A DNA stretch of 64,000 bases, taken from assembly GCA_002346225.1 (NCBI GenBank), contig DDYY01000056.1, forward strand, positions 11,132 through 75,131. The letters are read 5' to 3'. Below, in pieces: positions 10,469 to 20,072 of the stretch; within the stretch, counting starts at the first letter, position 1, and each line of letters opens with the position of its first letter. This stretch comes from Bacteroidetes bacterium UBA3022. GTDB lineage: Bacteria > Bacteroidota > Bacteroidia > Chitinophagales > BACL12. The notes below the pieces were generated by a model. It was not told the origin of the DNA and ran no database searches. It saw only the letters and a program-made list of their open reading frames with translations. The translations under genes and the position numbers were made by a program.

Positions 10469-11635
10469 ATGATTGAAAAATATGATTCCCGGGGCGTCTC
10501 TTCTCAAAAAGAGGAAGTGCACGCCGCCATCAAAAATCTTTCTAAAGGGCTGTACCCCACGGCTTTCTGTAAAATCTTACCCGATATAAGCGGTGGCAGT
10601 GAACACCATTGTAATATCATGCACGCCGATACGGCAGGAACAAAAACTGCGCTGGCATATGTGTATTGGCGGGAGACCGGTGACCTTTCAGTCTGGGAGG
10701 GAATTGCACAGGACGCTTTAGTGATGAATCTTGACGATATGGCTTGCGTTGGTGTGACAGACCAGTTCATCATATCCTCTACTATCGGAAGAAACAAGCA
10801 CCTGGTCCCCGGAGAGGTATTAACAGCACTTATTGAAGGCACTTATGCTTTCATCGAAAAGATGGCCGGATACGGCATTGAGATACATCACAGCGGTGGT
10901 GAAACAGCCGATGTTGGTGACATTGTCCGTACGGTTGATGTAGGCATAACTGCATTTGGCCGCCAGGAAAAAAGCCGACTCCTTATCAATAACATCCGCG
11001 AAGGAAATGTAATCGTTGGTCTTGCCTCTTTTGGTCAGTCCTCTTATGAAACACGGTACAATGGCGGCATGGGTAGCAATGGCCTTACCAGTGCCCGTCA
11101 CGATGTATTTTCCAAAGCGTATTTCGATAAATACCCGGAGTCTTTTGCGCCGCAAACGGATGCAGCTCTGGTTTATGCCGGCAGTAAATTATTGACCGAC
11201 CCGTCGCCCATAGAAGGCGTGAACATGGGGCAACTGGTCCTGGCACCAACGCGTACCTACCTTCCGGTTATCCGGACCATACTCAATGATTTCTATCCCC
11301 AAATCGATGGCATGATACATTGTACGGGAGGAGGACAAACCAAAGTGCTCCATTTCACACAGAATGTGCACATCATAAAGGATAACCTGATGTCTCCTCC
11401 ACCGCTTTTCGATATCATTCGGGAGGAGAGCAAAACCCCACTGCGCGAGATGTACAAGGTGTTCAACATGGGTCACCGCCTGGAAGTATATACCGATGCT
11501 GCTACTGCCGGGGAGATTGTGAAGATTGCAGAAAGCTTTCAGATTGATGCCCGTATCATCGGAAGAGTGGAAGGATTTGAAGGAAATAAATTGACGATTG
11601 CAACAAGTGAGGGGCAATTTGAGTATATAGGATAA
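10469..11635 (+). CDS. purM: AIR synthase-related protein (Bacteroidota-type phosphoribosylformylglycinamidine cyclo-ligase)
   Basis: MIEKYDSRGVSSQKEEVHAAIKNLSKGLYPTAFCKILPD...HADTAGTKT resembles the long Bacteroides-type PurM. The ATG at 10469 is preferred over the upstream alternative start. Confidence 0.7.
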   Translation: MIEKYDSRGVSSQKEEVHAAIKNLSKGLYPTAFCKILPDISGGSEHHCNIMHADTAGTKTALAYVYWRETGDLSVWEGIAQDALVMNLDDMACVGVTDQFIISSTIGRNKHLVPGEVLTALIEGTYAFIEKMAGYGIEIHHSGGETADVGDIVRTVDVGITAFGRQEKSRLLINNIREGNVIVGLASFGQSSYETRYNGGMGSNGLTSARHDVFSKAYFDKYPESFAPQTDAALVYAGSKLLTDPSPIEGVNMGQLVLAPTRTYLPVIRTILNDFYPQIDGMIHCTGGGQTKVLHFTQNVHIIKDNLMSPPPLFDIIREESKTPLREMYKVFNMGHRLEVYTDAATAGEIVKIAESFQIDARIIGRVEGFEGNKLTIATSEGQFEYIG

Positions 11636-11670
11636 TACCCCTTAGTCATCAAAATACAGGCGGTATTAAG

Positions 11671-11678
11671 TACATTTG
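11671..11678 (+). promoter_or_regulatory. Bacteroidota -7 box (TAnnTTTG)
   Basis: tacatttg overlaps the TTG at 11676 used by the ORF track. This argues for the ATG at 11700 as the true rocD start. Confidence 0.45.
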
Positions 11679-11699
11679 TCAGAAGCGAAAATTCATAAC

Positions 11700-12926
11700 A
11701 TGCAAGTATTGACGACCAATTATTTTATTGAGCTGGAGGAAAAGTATGGAGCCCACAACTATCATCCGCTTCCTGTTGTATTGAGCAAAGCGGAAGGGGT
11801 ACACGTGTGGGATGTGGAAGGAAAACATTATTACGATTTCCTTTCTGCATACAGTGCAGTAAATCAGGGTCATTGTCATCCCAGGCTGCAACAGGCAATG
11901 CAGGAGCAGGCTACTAAACTCACCTTAACCAGCCGTGCCTTTTATAACGATGTGCTTGGTGAATATGAAAAATACATAACTGAACTATTCGGCTTTGATA
12001 AGGTACTGCCGATGAATTCCGGTGTCGAAGCTGTAGAAACGGCCATCAAACTTTGCCGGAAATGGGGTTATATGATCAAAGGTATCGCCCCCAACAAGGC
12101 CAAGATCATAGTTTTAGAACACAACTTCCATGGTCGCACGAGCGGCGTCATCTCTTTCTCTACTGACCCCTCTTCCCGTACCGACTTCGGTCCTTACATG
12201 CCGGGCTATGTGGTAGTGCCTTATAATGACCTCCCCGCACTGAGCATTGACCTGCAGGATCCCGATGTAGCAGGATTGCTGGTGGAACCCATTCAGGGAG
12301 AAGCCGGTGTTGTGGTGCCGGATGAAGGGTATCTGGCGAAAGCGGCTCAAATGTGTGATGAAGCCAATGTGCTGTTCATGGCTGATGAAATTCAGACAGG
12401 TCTCTGCCGCACCGGCAAGATGCTGGCATGCGATTACGAGGGAGTTAAGCCCGATATCCTGATACTTGGAAAGGCACTCTCCGGTGGAATGCTGCCGGTT
12501 TCAGCTGTGTTGGCAGACGATTATATCATGCTTTGCATCAAACCGGGTGAACATGGCTCCACCTTTGGAGGTAACCCACTCGCCTGTAAGATAGCCATGA
12601 CTGCACTGGAAATTCTCATTGACGAAAAGTTGGCAGAAAATGCTTTTCACATGGGCAATATGCTACGTAGTGCCCTGGAAAAAATGGACAAGGAAGTCAT
12701 CAATCACGTCCGGGGCAAAGGACTATTAAATGCCATCATTGTGCAAGGGTATCACGGTCGCGATGCATGGGACTTCTGTATGATGCTGAAGAACAACGGT
12801 TTACTTGCCAAGCCTACGCATGGTGATAAGATCCGCTTTGCGCCCCCGCTGGTGATTAACGAAGAGGAGATGCAGGAATGTATCGCCATTATAGATAAGA
12901 CGGTTAGCGATTTCAAATCGCATTAA
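11700..12926 (+). CDS. rocD: Ornithine--oxo-acid aminotransferase
   Basis: [57 protein letters not shown] and LGKALSGG (PLP lysine) are the class-III aminotransferase / OAT signature. Confidence 0.9.
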   Translation: MQVLTTNYFIELEEKYGAHNYHPLPVVLSKAEGVHVWDVEGKHYYDFLSAYSAVNQGHCHPRLQQAMQEQATKLTLTSRAFYNDVLGEYEKYITELFGFDKVLPMNSGVEAVETAIKLCRKWGYMIKGIAPNKAKIIVLEHNFHGRTSGVISFSTDPSSRTDFGPYMPGYVVVPYNDLPALSIDLQDPDVAGLLVEPIQGEAGVVVPDEGYLAKAAQMCDEANVLFMADEIQTGLCRTGKMLACDYEGVKPDILILGKALSGGMLPVSAVLADDYIMLCIKPGEHGSTFGGNPLACKIAMTALEILIDEKLAENAFHMGNMLRSALEKMDKEVINHVRGKGLLNAIIVQGYHGRDAWDFCMMLKNNGLLAKPTHGDKIRFAPPLVINEEEMQECIAIIDKTVSDFKSH

Positions 12927-12931
12927 TTGAA

Positions 12932-13543
12932 TCAGGCGGGCATGCGGTAGTGCTTAGTGGCCGGGGAATATTCGCGCTCCTGATTGGATGCAATGATAAC
13001 AACCCTTCCGTCACGGTGCTGATTCAGTAAACCGATATACCAATCGACACCGGCTTCATCCAGATTTGTGGCAGGCTCATCGAGCAACACAATTGATGTA
13101 TCAGCCAGCAATGCCAGTGATGTCTTTAGTCGCTGTTGCATGCCCGATGAAAAGTAACGCAACGTTTTATTCGCGTGTTTTTCCAGGCCGGTTAATTCCA
13201 TAACATCTCTTACACTGCTATCGTTTCTAAAGGCTTTCATACTGTGATGAAAGGCGATATTCTCACGTAAGGTAAATTCCTGAATCAACTCAATATAAGG
13301 TCCTGTAACCGATACCTGTCTGAAAATGTCTTCCCTGGCAATCTCCCTGCCATTGCTCGTCCATTGTATGGTTCCCTCTGAAGGCGTGAGCAGACCTGCT
13401 ATTATCCTGAGTAGGGTACTTTTACCCGATCCATTAGGGCCTGTAATTGCGTAGATATTACCTTCCTCAAAGAACCAATCTATCCCTTGAAAAATCCATT
13501 CGTAATTGAAACGTTTAGCAATCCCTTGAAGCTGAATTTTCAT
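12932..13543 (-). CDS. ABC transporter ATP-binding protein (orphan, no permease nearby)
   Basis: Walker A GPNGSGKST, signature FSSGMQQRL, Walker B IVLLDEP. The H-loop position reads IIASNQ, with no His. Its start overlaps the lpxA stop by 4 nt. Confidence 0.85.
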   Translation of the reverse strand: MKIQLQGIAKRFNYEWIFQGIDWFFEEGNIYAITGPNGSGKSTLLRIIAGLLTPSEGTIQWTSNGREIAREDIFRQVSVTGPYIELIQEFTLRENIAFHHSMKAFRNDSSVRDVMELTGLEKHANKTLRYFSSGMQQRLKTSLALLADTSIVLLDEPATNLDEAGVDWYIGLLNQHRDGRVVIIASNQEREYSPATKHYRMPA

Positions 13544-14328
13544 TCACTGATATGACGGAAGCCCTTCATGACACCTCCTTTTGAATTTCGTATAAAGGTG
13601 AGTACCTGATCTCTCTCGGCAGAAGCATTGAAGTCCGCTTCAATCAATCCAATAGCTTTTGTGATATTATAGCCTCGAACAAAGAGTGTACGATATATCT
13701 CCTGAATGTGATGGATATTTTCAGGAGAAAAGCCTCTTCTTCTAAGGCCAATTGAATTAACTCCGGCGTATGCCAGAGGCTCACGAGCAGCTTTAACAAA
13801 AGGGGGCACATCTTTCCTCACCAGCGAACCTCCGGCAATGAAGGCATGCGCGCCAATCCTGATAAACTGCTGTACAGCCACCATACCTTCCAATATGGCC
13901 CAGTCTTCAATCTCCACATGACCGGCCAGATTCACACTATTAGCCAGTATCACATTATTGCCTATTTGACAATCATGTGCTACGTGGCTGTAAGCCATAA
14001 GCAAGCAGTTGCTGCCAATGACTGTCTTTTGAGCATAGCTGGTTCCTCTGTTCACGGTCACACACTCTCTGATGGTTGTTCCATCGCCAATTACTGCGGC
14101 AGTATTTTCCCCTCTGTATTTAAGGTCTTGAGGTATAGCCCCGATAACAGCTCCCGGAAAAACTTTGCAGTTCTTCCCGATTCTTGTCCCGGGCATAATA
14201 TTTACGTTGGGACCAATCCAGGAACCTTCACCTATCACTACATTCTTAGAAATAAAGGCGAATGGCTCAATTACCACACTATCGGCTATTTCAGCCTGCG
14301 GATGCACATATGCTAGGGGTTGATTCAT
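13540..14328 (-). CDS. lpxA: Acyl-ACP--UDP-N-acetylglucosamine O-acyltransferase
   Basis: 262 aa. Hexapeptide repeats (IHPQAEIADSVVIEPFAFI..., GPNVNIMPGTRIG) with a C-terminal helical domain. It sits in an lpxD-lpxC/fabZ-lpxA operon. Confidence 0.95.
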   Translation of the reverse strand: MNQPLAYVHPQAEIADSVVIEPFAFISKNVVIGEGSWIGPNVNIMPGTRIGKNCKVFPGAVIGAIPQDLKYRGENTAAVIGDGTTIRECVTVNRGTSYAQKTVIGSNCLLMAYSHVAHDCQIGNNVILANSVNLAGHVEIEDWAILEGMVAVQQFIRIGAHAFIAGGSLVRKDVPPFVKAAREPLAYAGVNSIGLRRRGFSPENIHHIQEIYRTLFVRGYNITKAIGLIEADFNASAERDQVLTFIRNSKGGVMKGFRHISE

Positions 14329-15728
14329 TTAGCTACACTTCTTTTTACAACTTGTGCCGTGAGTTCGCCTTCCGTGACGAGTGTATTGCCAACATAAGCA
14401 GTTGCTTTCATTTCGCAAATACCTCGACGGATGGGATGCATTAATTCCATTTTCAAAATGAGCGTATCACCCGGAAGGACTTTCTTTTTGAACTTAACTT
14501 TATCAATTTTCAGAAAATAGGTATCGTAATTTTCAGGGTCATCAACCTGGTTCAATACAAATATACCACCTGCCTGCGCCAGTGCTTCAATTTGCAAAAC
14601 ACCCGGCATCACCGGATTTCCGGGGAAATGCCCCATGAAGTAACCCTCGTTAAAAGTAACGTTCTTAACGCCAACCACATACTTATCAGTAATCTCAATG
14701 ATCTTATCTACCAGCAACATAGGATACCGGTGAGGCAGCATGGTGTTGATACGGTTGATGTCGATAATAGGCTCTACATCCGGATTGTACATCGGAGCCA
14801 TGATATTCTTGCGGTTCTTGGCGTAGCTTTTAATCAGCTTGGCAAATTGAACATTGGCCGAATGCCCGGGCCTGTTGGCAATAACTTTCCCTTTAATGGG
14901 CTTTCCTGCCAGAGCGAGATCGCCAATGACATCCAATAACTTGTGCCGCGCAGGCTCATTTACATGATGCAATTCCAGGTTATTCAGAATACCCTCTTTG
15001 CGCACTGAAACAGTTTCCTTGTGGAACATTTGCTTCAGTTTCTCCATCTCTTTCGGACTCACCTCCTTATCTACTATTACAATGGCATTGTTGAGGTCGC
15101 CGCCCTGAATGAGGTTATTCTCGTACAGCATTTCCAGCTCGTGCAGAAAACAAAAGGTCCTGCTGCTCGCAATTTCTGTTTTGAAATCCAGCATGGAATT
15201 CAAGGTGGCGTGCTGCTGTCCCAATACTTTGGAATCAAAATCAATCATCACTGTCACCTGATAGTCGTCGGCCGGTAATACCATCATTTCGGTATTCCGC
15301 TCCACATCCATCAGACTCAGGTTCTCTTTGATTTCTATGCATTCGCGCTCAGCGTCCTGTTCATCAAGCCCAATGGCTGCGATAGCCTCCACAAAAACTT
15401 TGGAGCTACCGTCCATTATGGGTGTTTCTGATGCATTGAGGTCAATCATTACATTGTCAACCCCCATGCCTACCAGGGCTGCCAGTGTGTGTTCAATGGT
15501 ACTCACTTTGACACCATTTCTTGCTATAGTGGTTCCACGGGCAGTATCAATTACCAGATCTGCATCTGCTTCAATCACAGGCTGTCCTGCCACATCCACC
15601 CTGCGAAACTTGTAACCGTGATTGGGAGGTGCCGGATGAAATGTCATCTCTACCTGCTGACCGGTGTGCAGTCCAACACCCGCCACAGTTACTGATTTCT
15701 TGATTGTTTGTTGCAATTGTGCTGCCAT
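14325..15728 (-). CDS. lpxC/fabZ: Bifunctional UDP-3-O-acyl-GlcNAc deacetylase / 3-hydroxyacyl-ACP dehydratase
   Basis: The N-terminal LpxC part has GVGLHTG, TIEHTLAAL and HSANV. The C-terminal FabZ hot-dog part has LPHRYPMLLVDKI and GHFPGNPVMPGVLQIEALAQ. This fusion is characteristic of Bacteroidota. Confidence 0.95.
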   Translation of the reverse strand: MAAQLQQTIKKSVTVAGVGLHTGQQVEMTFHPAPPNHGYKFRRVDVAGQPVIEADADLVIDTARGTTIARNGVKVSTIEHTLAALVGMGVDNVMIDLNASETPIMDGSSKVFVEAIAAIGLDEQDAERECIEIKENLSLMDVERNTEMMVLPADDYQVTVMIDFDSKVLGQQHATLNSMLDFKTEIASSRTFCFLHELEMLYENNLIQGGDLNNAIVIVDKEVSPKEMEKLKQMFHKETVSVRKEGILNNLELHHVNEPARHKLLDVIGDLALAGKPIKGKVIANRPGHSANVQFAKLIKSYAKNRKNIMAPMYNPDVEPIIDINRINTMLPHRYPMLLVDKIIEITDKYVVGVKNVTFNEGYFMGHFPGNPVMPGVLQIEALAQAGGIFVLNQVDDPENYDTYFLKIDKVKFKKKVLPGDTLILKMELMHPIRRGICEMKATAYVGNTLVTEGELTAQVVKRSVAK

Positions 15729-16780
15729 TATTTACCCGATTCGAGGTCTTCAATTCTTTTTAGTAGTTGCTGCAATTGCCGCTGCATATCAGGCAGGCTT
15801 TTAAACACCACCTGAGAGCGCATGGCATCAGCGTAATCAAATGCCGGAGACCCTGTAATGGCTGTGCCTGCCTTTCTGATGGTCTTGGCTACTCCACTCT
15901 GGGCATTGATACGGGTGCCATCGGCAATTTCAATATGCCCGACAATTCCCACCTGGCCGCCAATCATACAATTCCTGCCGATTTTAGTACTTCCTGAAAT
16001 ACCTGTTTGAGCAGCAATAACGGTGTTTTCACCTATCTCTACGTTATGAGCAATTTGTATAAGATTATCCAGCTTAACGCCACTTCTGAGGATGGTAGAC
16101 CCCATTACAGCGCGATCAATGGTAGTGTTGGCACCAATTTCAACATGGTTTTCTATGATGACATTGCCTGTTTGAGGGACTTTCCTGAAGGTTCCGTCCT
16201 CCTGCGGGGCAAACCCAAACCCATCACTTCCTATCACGGTATTGGCACCTACTACACAGTGATCACCAATAATGGTGTCATGGAGTATTTGCGCTGAAGC
16301 CAAAATGGAGCAGCTTTTTCCAATCTGCGCATTCGGAGCAATATAGCAACCCGGATAAATCGTCGTATGCTCACCAATAATAACGCCTTCCGACACATAG
16401 CAAAAAGGGGCAATATTAGCAGTGGCGTCCACTTTTGCCGTAGGATGTATAAAGGCAAGGTGTTTGTTACCATTTTCTGAAAACGCCGTTTTTTGTGCCT
16501 GTCTTTGATAAGTTTCCAGTATAGATGCAAAACTCGCGCGCACATTTTTCACCCTGATTAAAGTAGGCTTTACAGGAGCTTCCAACACCATCGATTCATC
16601 GATAACCAGCACCGAAGCATTGGTAGAGTAAGCGAACTTTAAATACTTAGGACTGTCCAGAAAGCACACATCACCGATGCTGCCTTCTTCTATCTTGGCG
16701 GGCTTCTCTATCATCACTGACCCATCCCCTTCCAGGGAGCCATGGAGCAAGGCACATAATTCTTCTGCTGAAATCTTCAT
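15728..16780 (-). CDS. lpxD: UDP-3-O-(3-hydroxyacyl)glucosamine N-acyltransferase
   Basis: Long hexapeptide-repeat left-handed beta-helix (IGENTVIAAQTGISGSTKIGRNCMIGGQVGIVGHIEIADG). The ATG at 16780 gives an ATGA overlap with the upstream HD gene. The minus-strand stop/start junction with lpxC/fabZ is TAATG. Confidence 0.9.
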   Translation of the reverse strand: MKISAEELCALLHGSLEGDGSVMIEKPAKIEEGSIGDVCFLDSPKYLKFAYSTNASVLVIDESMVLEAPVKPTLIRVKNVRASFASILETYQRQAQKTAFSENGNKHLAFIHPTAKVDATANIAPFCYVSEGVIIGEHTTIYPGCYIAPNAQIGKSCSILASAQILHDTIIGDHCVVGANTVIGSDGFGFAPQEDGTFRKVPQTGNVIIENHVEIGANTTIDRAVMGSTILRSGVKLDNLIQIAHNVEIGENTVIAAQTGISGSTKIGRNCMIGGQVGIVGHIEIADGTRINAQSGVAKTIRKAGTAITGSPAFDYADAMRSQVVFKSLPDMQRQLQQLLKRIEDLESGK

Positions 16781-18012
16781 GGTTGGGGCAGCGTCTTTGG
16801 GTAGCAAAGATAATGCTTTACTACAGTATCGGCTAAGGCTGCCAAATGGAGGTGATCGGAGACTTCTGTGACATCGGCCAGACTGCCGTCTTTCTTGCGT
16901 ATCCGGATATTCTTGTCGCCCAGCCGATAAGCACTATTGCTGGTGGTTTCATGGAAAACAAAGTACTGGAGGTCAAAATCGTCTTCTATGTTGTAATGCC
17001 GTTTCACCTGTGCCGTTACTTCCTTAATCCTAGCTGCAGGAATGGGCTCATTTCCCATTTCAATCTTAAAAAGCTGGCGATTGACCAAAGCCCTGCTCAG
17101 CAAGGAAAGCACCTGATCTTTGCTGTTCATCCAGTATTTCAAGGCCACATATATATCGCTGTCGTCGAGCATAGCAAAATGCCCGAGTGCAGCGCTACCC
17201 GAGACAAAGCTATGGCGGTCTACATCGTTTTTGAGAAAGAAATGCAATGCAGGGGTAGCCTCCAGTTGCATTCCGGCCCTCACCAGGTATTTCGCCCTTC
17301 GAAGAATCCGTATCAGCATTTGTTCGGCGCACAAAACTGTTTTGTGTAAATACACCTGCCAGTACATTAAGCGCCTTGATACGATAAACTTTTCTACAGA
17401 ATAGATGCCTTTTTGCTCGATTACCAGCTCATCCCCCACCACATCCATCATTTCAATCAGCCTGTCATAACCAATGACTCCCTCATGAACGCCGGTAAAA
17501 TAACTGTCGCGAATCAGGTAATCTAGCCTGTCAACGTCGAGTTGTCCGGAAACCAGGTTGCACAGAAATTGCTTGCTGTATTGGCCGGTAAAAATCTGTA
17601 TCGCCAGATCCAGTCTTCCATGCAATTCCTTGTTGAGTTCCTGCATAATGAGGAGTGAAATATCTTCATGTCCTACATGAGAAACTATGGCAGTTTCGAG
17701 TGCATGGGAAAACGGACCATGGCCAATATCATGCAATAATATAGCTGCTGTTGCTGCCTCCGCCTCCGCCTCCGAAATATCCTGCCCCTTGCTGCGCAGT
17801 GTTTGAATGGCTTTACTCATCAGATGCACTGCGCCGAGCGCATGGTGAAAACGTGTATGTTGAGCACCCGGATATACAAGATTGGAAAGGCCTAATTGCT
17901 GAATGCGCCGCATCCGCTGCATCAGTGGGTGCTCGATGAGATCAAAAATTAATTCGTGAGAAATGGTAATAAACCCGTAGACCGGGTCGTTCAAGATTTT
18001 ACGTTTATTCAA
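16777..18012 (-). CDS. HD-domain phosphohydrolase (dNTPase/SAMHD1-like family)
   Basis: ILNDPVYGFI, HTRFHHALGV and LLHDIGHGPFSH are HD motifs. I use the TTG at 18012 (LNKRKILNDP...). The ORF-track start at 18168 would overlap the divergent porX-like gene by about 100 nt and lies upstream of the TAnnTTTG box at 18049-18056. Confidence 0.8.
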   Translation of the reverse strand: MNKRKILNDPVYGFITISHELIFDLIEHPLMQRMRRIQQLGLSNLVYPGAQHTRFHHALGAVHLMSKAIQTLRSKGQDISEAEAEAATAAILLHDIGHGPFSHALETAIVSHVGHEDISLLIMQELNKELHGRLDLAIQIFTGQYSKQFLCNLVSGQLDVDRLDYLIRDSYFTGVHEGVIGYDRLIEMMDVVGDELVIEQKGIYSVEKFIVSRRLMYWQVYLHKTVLCAEQMLIRILRRAKYLVRAGMQLEATPALHFFLKNDVDRHSFVSGSAALGHFAMLDDSDIYVALKYWMNSKDQVLSLLSRALVNRQLFKIEMGNEPIPAARIKEVTAQVKRHYNIEDDFDLQYFVFHETTSNSAYRLGDKNIRIRKKDGSLADVTEVSDHLHLAALADTVVKHYLCYPKTLPQP

Positions 18013-18048
18013 TTCTGCACCTTTAACCTGTAACTTTACCTGAAACAA

Positions 18049-18056
18049 CAAAAATA
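18049..18056 (-). promoter_or_regulatory. Bacteroidota -7 box (TAnnTTTG, minus strand)
   Basis: Plus-strand caaaaata is tatttttg on the minus strand, 36 nt upstream of the TTG at 18012. Confidence 0.4.
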
Positions 18057-18064
18057 TATAGATA

Positions 18065-19615
18065 ATGAGTAATATCAGAATTTTGTGGGCCGACGACGAA
18101 ATTGAGATGCTGAAACCACAAATCCTGTTTCTGCAAGAAAAGGGGTACGAAGTAGAGCCGGTCAGCAATGGTCAGGACGCACTGGACCACTGCATGGATC
18201 CCGAAATCAACCTGATTTTTCTGGATGAGATGATGCCCGGTTTATCGGGCCTGGAAACCCTCCAGAAAATAAAAGAGAAGCGACCGAATATCCCGATTGT
18301 GATGATTACTAAAAATGAAACCGAAAACCTGATGGAGGAGGCAATCGGTTCTCAAATCAGCGATTATCTGATTAAACCCGTGAAATCACAACAGATATTG
18401 CTGACCATCAAGAAACTGACAGACAATAAACGACTGGTGAATGAGCGCACGGATCAAAGTTATCAACGGGAATTCCAGAATATATTCTTTAGCCTGCAAG
18501 ACAATCTGAACAGTGCCACCTGGATAGACCTGTATCAAAAACTGGTTTACTGGGAGTTGCAACTGGACAAAGCAGGAGCATCAGGAATGAAAGAAGTTTT
18601 GCAATCTCAAAAAACGGAAGCTAATACTGAATTCGGAAAATTCATTGACAAGCATTACATGGGCTGGCTGGGCAATCAATCGAAAGATGCACCCATCATG
18701 TCGCATACGCTGATGCGCACCAAGGTTTTCCCATTATTAGAAAAGGACGTGCCTGTCTTCATGATTGTTATCGATAATCTCAGATATGATCAATATAAAA
18801 CGATAGAGCCGCTCTTTGCAGAGATGTTCAAACTGGTGGAGGAATCCTGCTACTTCAGTATGCTTCCTACAGCCACACAATTCGCCCGCAACGCCATTTT
18901 TGCCGGCCTCCTCCCTTCCGAAATTCAAAAAAGAATGCCTTCACACTGGGTGAATGATGATGAGGAAGGAGGGAAAAATATGCATGAAGAGGATTTCCTG
19001 AAAGATAATATTGTGCGCAACAGATTGGATATCAAATTTTCCTATACCAAGGTGGTGAACCACATGGAAGGAAAAACACTGCAGGATAATATCCTGAATC
19101 TGATGAATAACGATTTGAATGTTATTGTTTATAATTTTGTAGATATGTTGTCGCATGCGCGGACAGAGATGGAAGTACTTAAAGAACTGGCCAGCGATGA
19201 AACAGCCTACCGTTCCATCACCCGCTCCTGGTTCGATCATTCTCCCCTCTTTACTGCACTGAAGAAGATTGCTGAAAAGAAGGTTAAAGTGATTATTACC
19301 ACCGATCACGGAACCATCCGGGTCAACAGTCCGTCGAAGGTAATAGCCGACAGAAATGCTACCACCAATCTGCGCTACAAGAGCGGTAAAAATCTGCAGT
19401 TCAACAAGAAGGATGTATTGGAAGTAAAATCACCGGAGGCCGCAGGATTGCCACGAAACAACGTGAGTTCTTCTTACATTTTTGCCAAAGGGGACTCCTT
19501 CTTTGCCTACCCCAATAATTACAATTATTACGTCAACTATTTCAAAAATACCTTCCAGCACGGGGGCATAAGTCTGGAAGAAATGATTATCCCTTTCGCT
19601 GTGTACAAAACATAA
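18065..19615 (+). CDS. porX: Response regulator with a CheY-like receiver and a C-terminal PglZ (alkaline-phosphatase superfamily) domain, PorX-like
   Basis: Receiver ILWADDE...LIFLDEMMPGLSG...ITKN. PglZ part has NLRYDQ and IITTDHGTIRV. Length (516 aa) and architecture match the T9SS regulator PorX. Confidence 0.8.
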   Translation: MSNIRILWADDEIEMLKPQILFLQEKGYEVEPVSNGQDALDHCMDPEINLIFLDEMMPGLSGLETLQKIKEKRPNIPIVMITKNETENLMEEAIGSQISDYLIKPVKSQQILLTIKKLTDNKRLVNERTDQSYQREFQNIFFSLQDNLNSATWIDLYQKLVYWELQLDKAGASGMKEVLQSQKTEANTEFGKFIDKHYMGWLGNQSKDAPIMSHTLMRTKVFPLLEKDVPVFMIVIDNLRYDQYKTIEPLFAEMFKLVEESCYFSMLPTATQFARNAIFAGLLPSEIQKRMPSHWVNDDEEGGKNMHEEDFLKDNIVRNRLDIKFSYTKVVNHMEGKTLQDNILNLMNNDLNVIVYNFVDMLSHARTEMEVLKELASDETAYRSITRSWFDHSPLFTALKKIAEKKVKVIITTDHGTIRVNSPSKVIADRNATTNLRYKSGKNLQFNKKDVLEVKSPEAAGLPRNNVSSSYIFAKGDSFFAYPNNYNYYVNYFKNTFQHGGISLEEMIIPFAVYKT

Positions 19616-19640
19616 CAGCGGTAACCTGAAATTCTTGCTC

Positions 19641-19648
19641 TAATTTTG
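19641..19648 (+). promoter_or_regulatory. Bacteroidota -7 box (TAnnTTTG)
   Basis: taattttg lies 4 nt upstream of the tsaE ATG at 19653. Confidence 0.4.
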
Positions 19649-19652
19649 CCTT

Positions 19653-20072
19653 ATGAAGCACCAGTGGCTGGCAGAAAAGGTAGACGATCTGGACGCGATT
19701 GCAGCAACCATAGTGCAATCATTCCCGTCATTGCGCCTTTTCACGCTGGAAGGCGATTTGGGCAGCGGCAAGACAAGTCTTGTCAAAGCCATGGGGAAAG
19801 TCCTCGGTGTGGATGAAATCATATCCAGCCCTTCCTTTGCCATCCTGCAGGAGTACGGTGACCCGGTAAGAATCTATCATTTCGACCTCTACCGGCTGGA
19901 GCGCTCCGAAGAACTGCTGGAAATTGGCTTTGAGGATTACCTGTACAGTCCGTGCTATGTGTTCATTGAATGGCCCTCCATTGCGGAAAAATGGCTGAAG
20001 GAACATCCCCTGGGAAAAATAGACATTGAGATTATGGAGAATAACGACAGATTGGTTAATTTAGTAATATGA
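19653..20072 (+). CDS. tsaE: tRNA t6A37 biosynthesis ATPase TsaE
   Basis: 139 aa. P-loop LEGDLGSGKTSLVKA, SPSFAI and YHFDLYRL are typical of the YjeE/TsaE family. Confidence 0.85.
   Translation: MKHQWLAEKVDDLDAIAATIVQSFPSLRLFTLEGDLGSGKTSLVKAMGKVLGVDEIISSPSFAILQEYGDPVRIYHFDLYRLERSEELLEIGFEDYLYSPCYVFIEWPSIAEKWLKEHPLGKIDIEIMENNDRLVNLVI

Noticed and set aside
17752-17775. Tandem GCCTCC x3 hexanucleotide repeat
   Set aside because: It lies in frame inside the HD-domain gene and encodes EAEAEA in a linker. It is too short to be a meaningful repeat element or a contingency locus.
16777-18168. Long N-terminal extension of the HD-domain ORF, overlapping the porX-like gene by about 100 nt
   Set aside because: The extension (MLTGSTSYPFSCRNRICGF...) has no signal-peptide or domain character. 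It starts upstream of the TAnnTTTG box at 18049-18056. HD-family homologues begin near ..KILNDPVYGFI. The TTG at 18012 was used instead.
18065-19615. PglZ domain as a hint of a BREX or other phage-defence island
   Set aside because: The PglZ domain is fused to a CheY-like receiver, which is the PorX architecture. No BREX partners (PglX methyltransferase, BrxC ATPase, BrxL and others) occur in the window. The neighbours are housekeeping genes.
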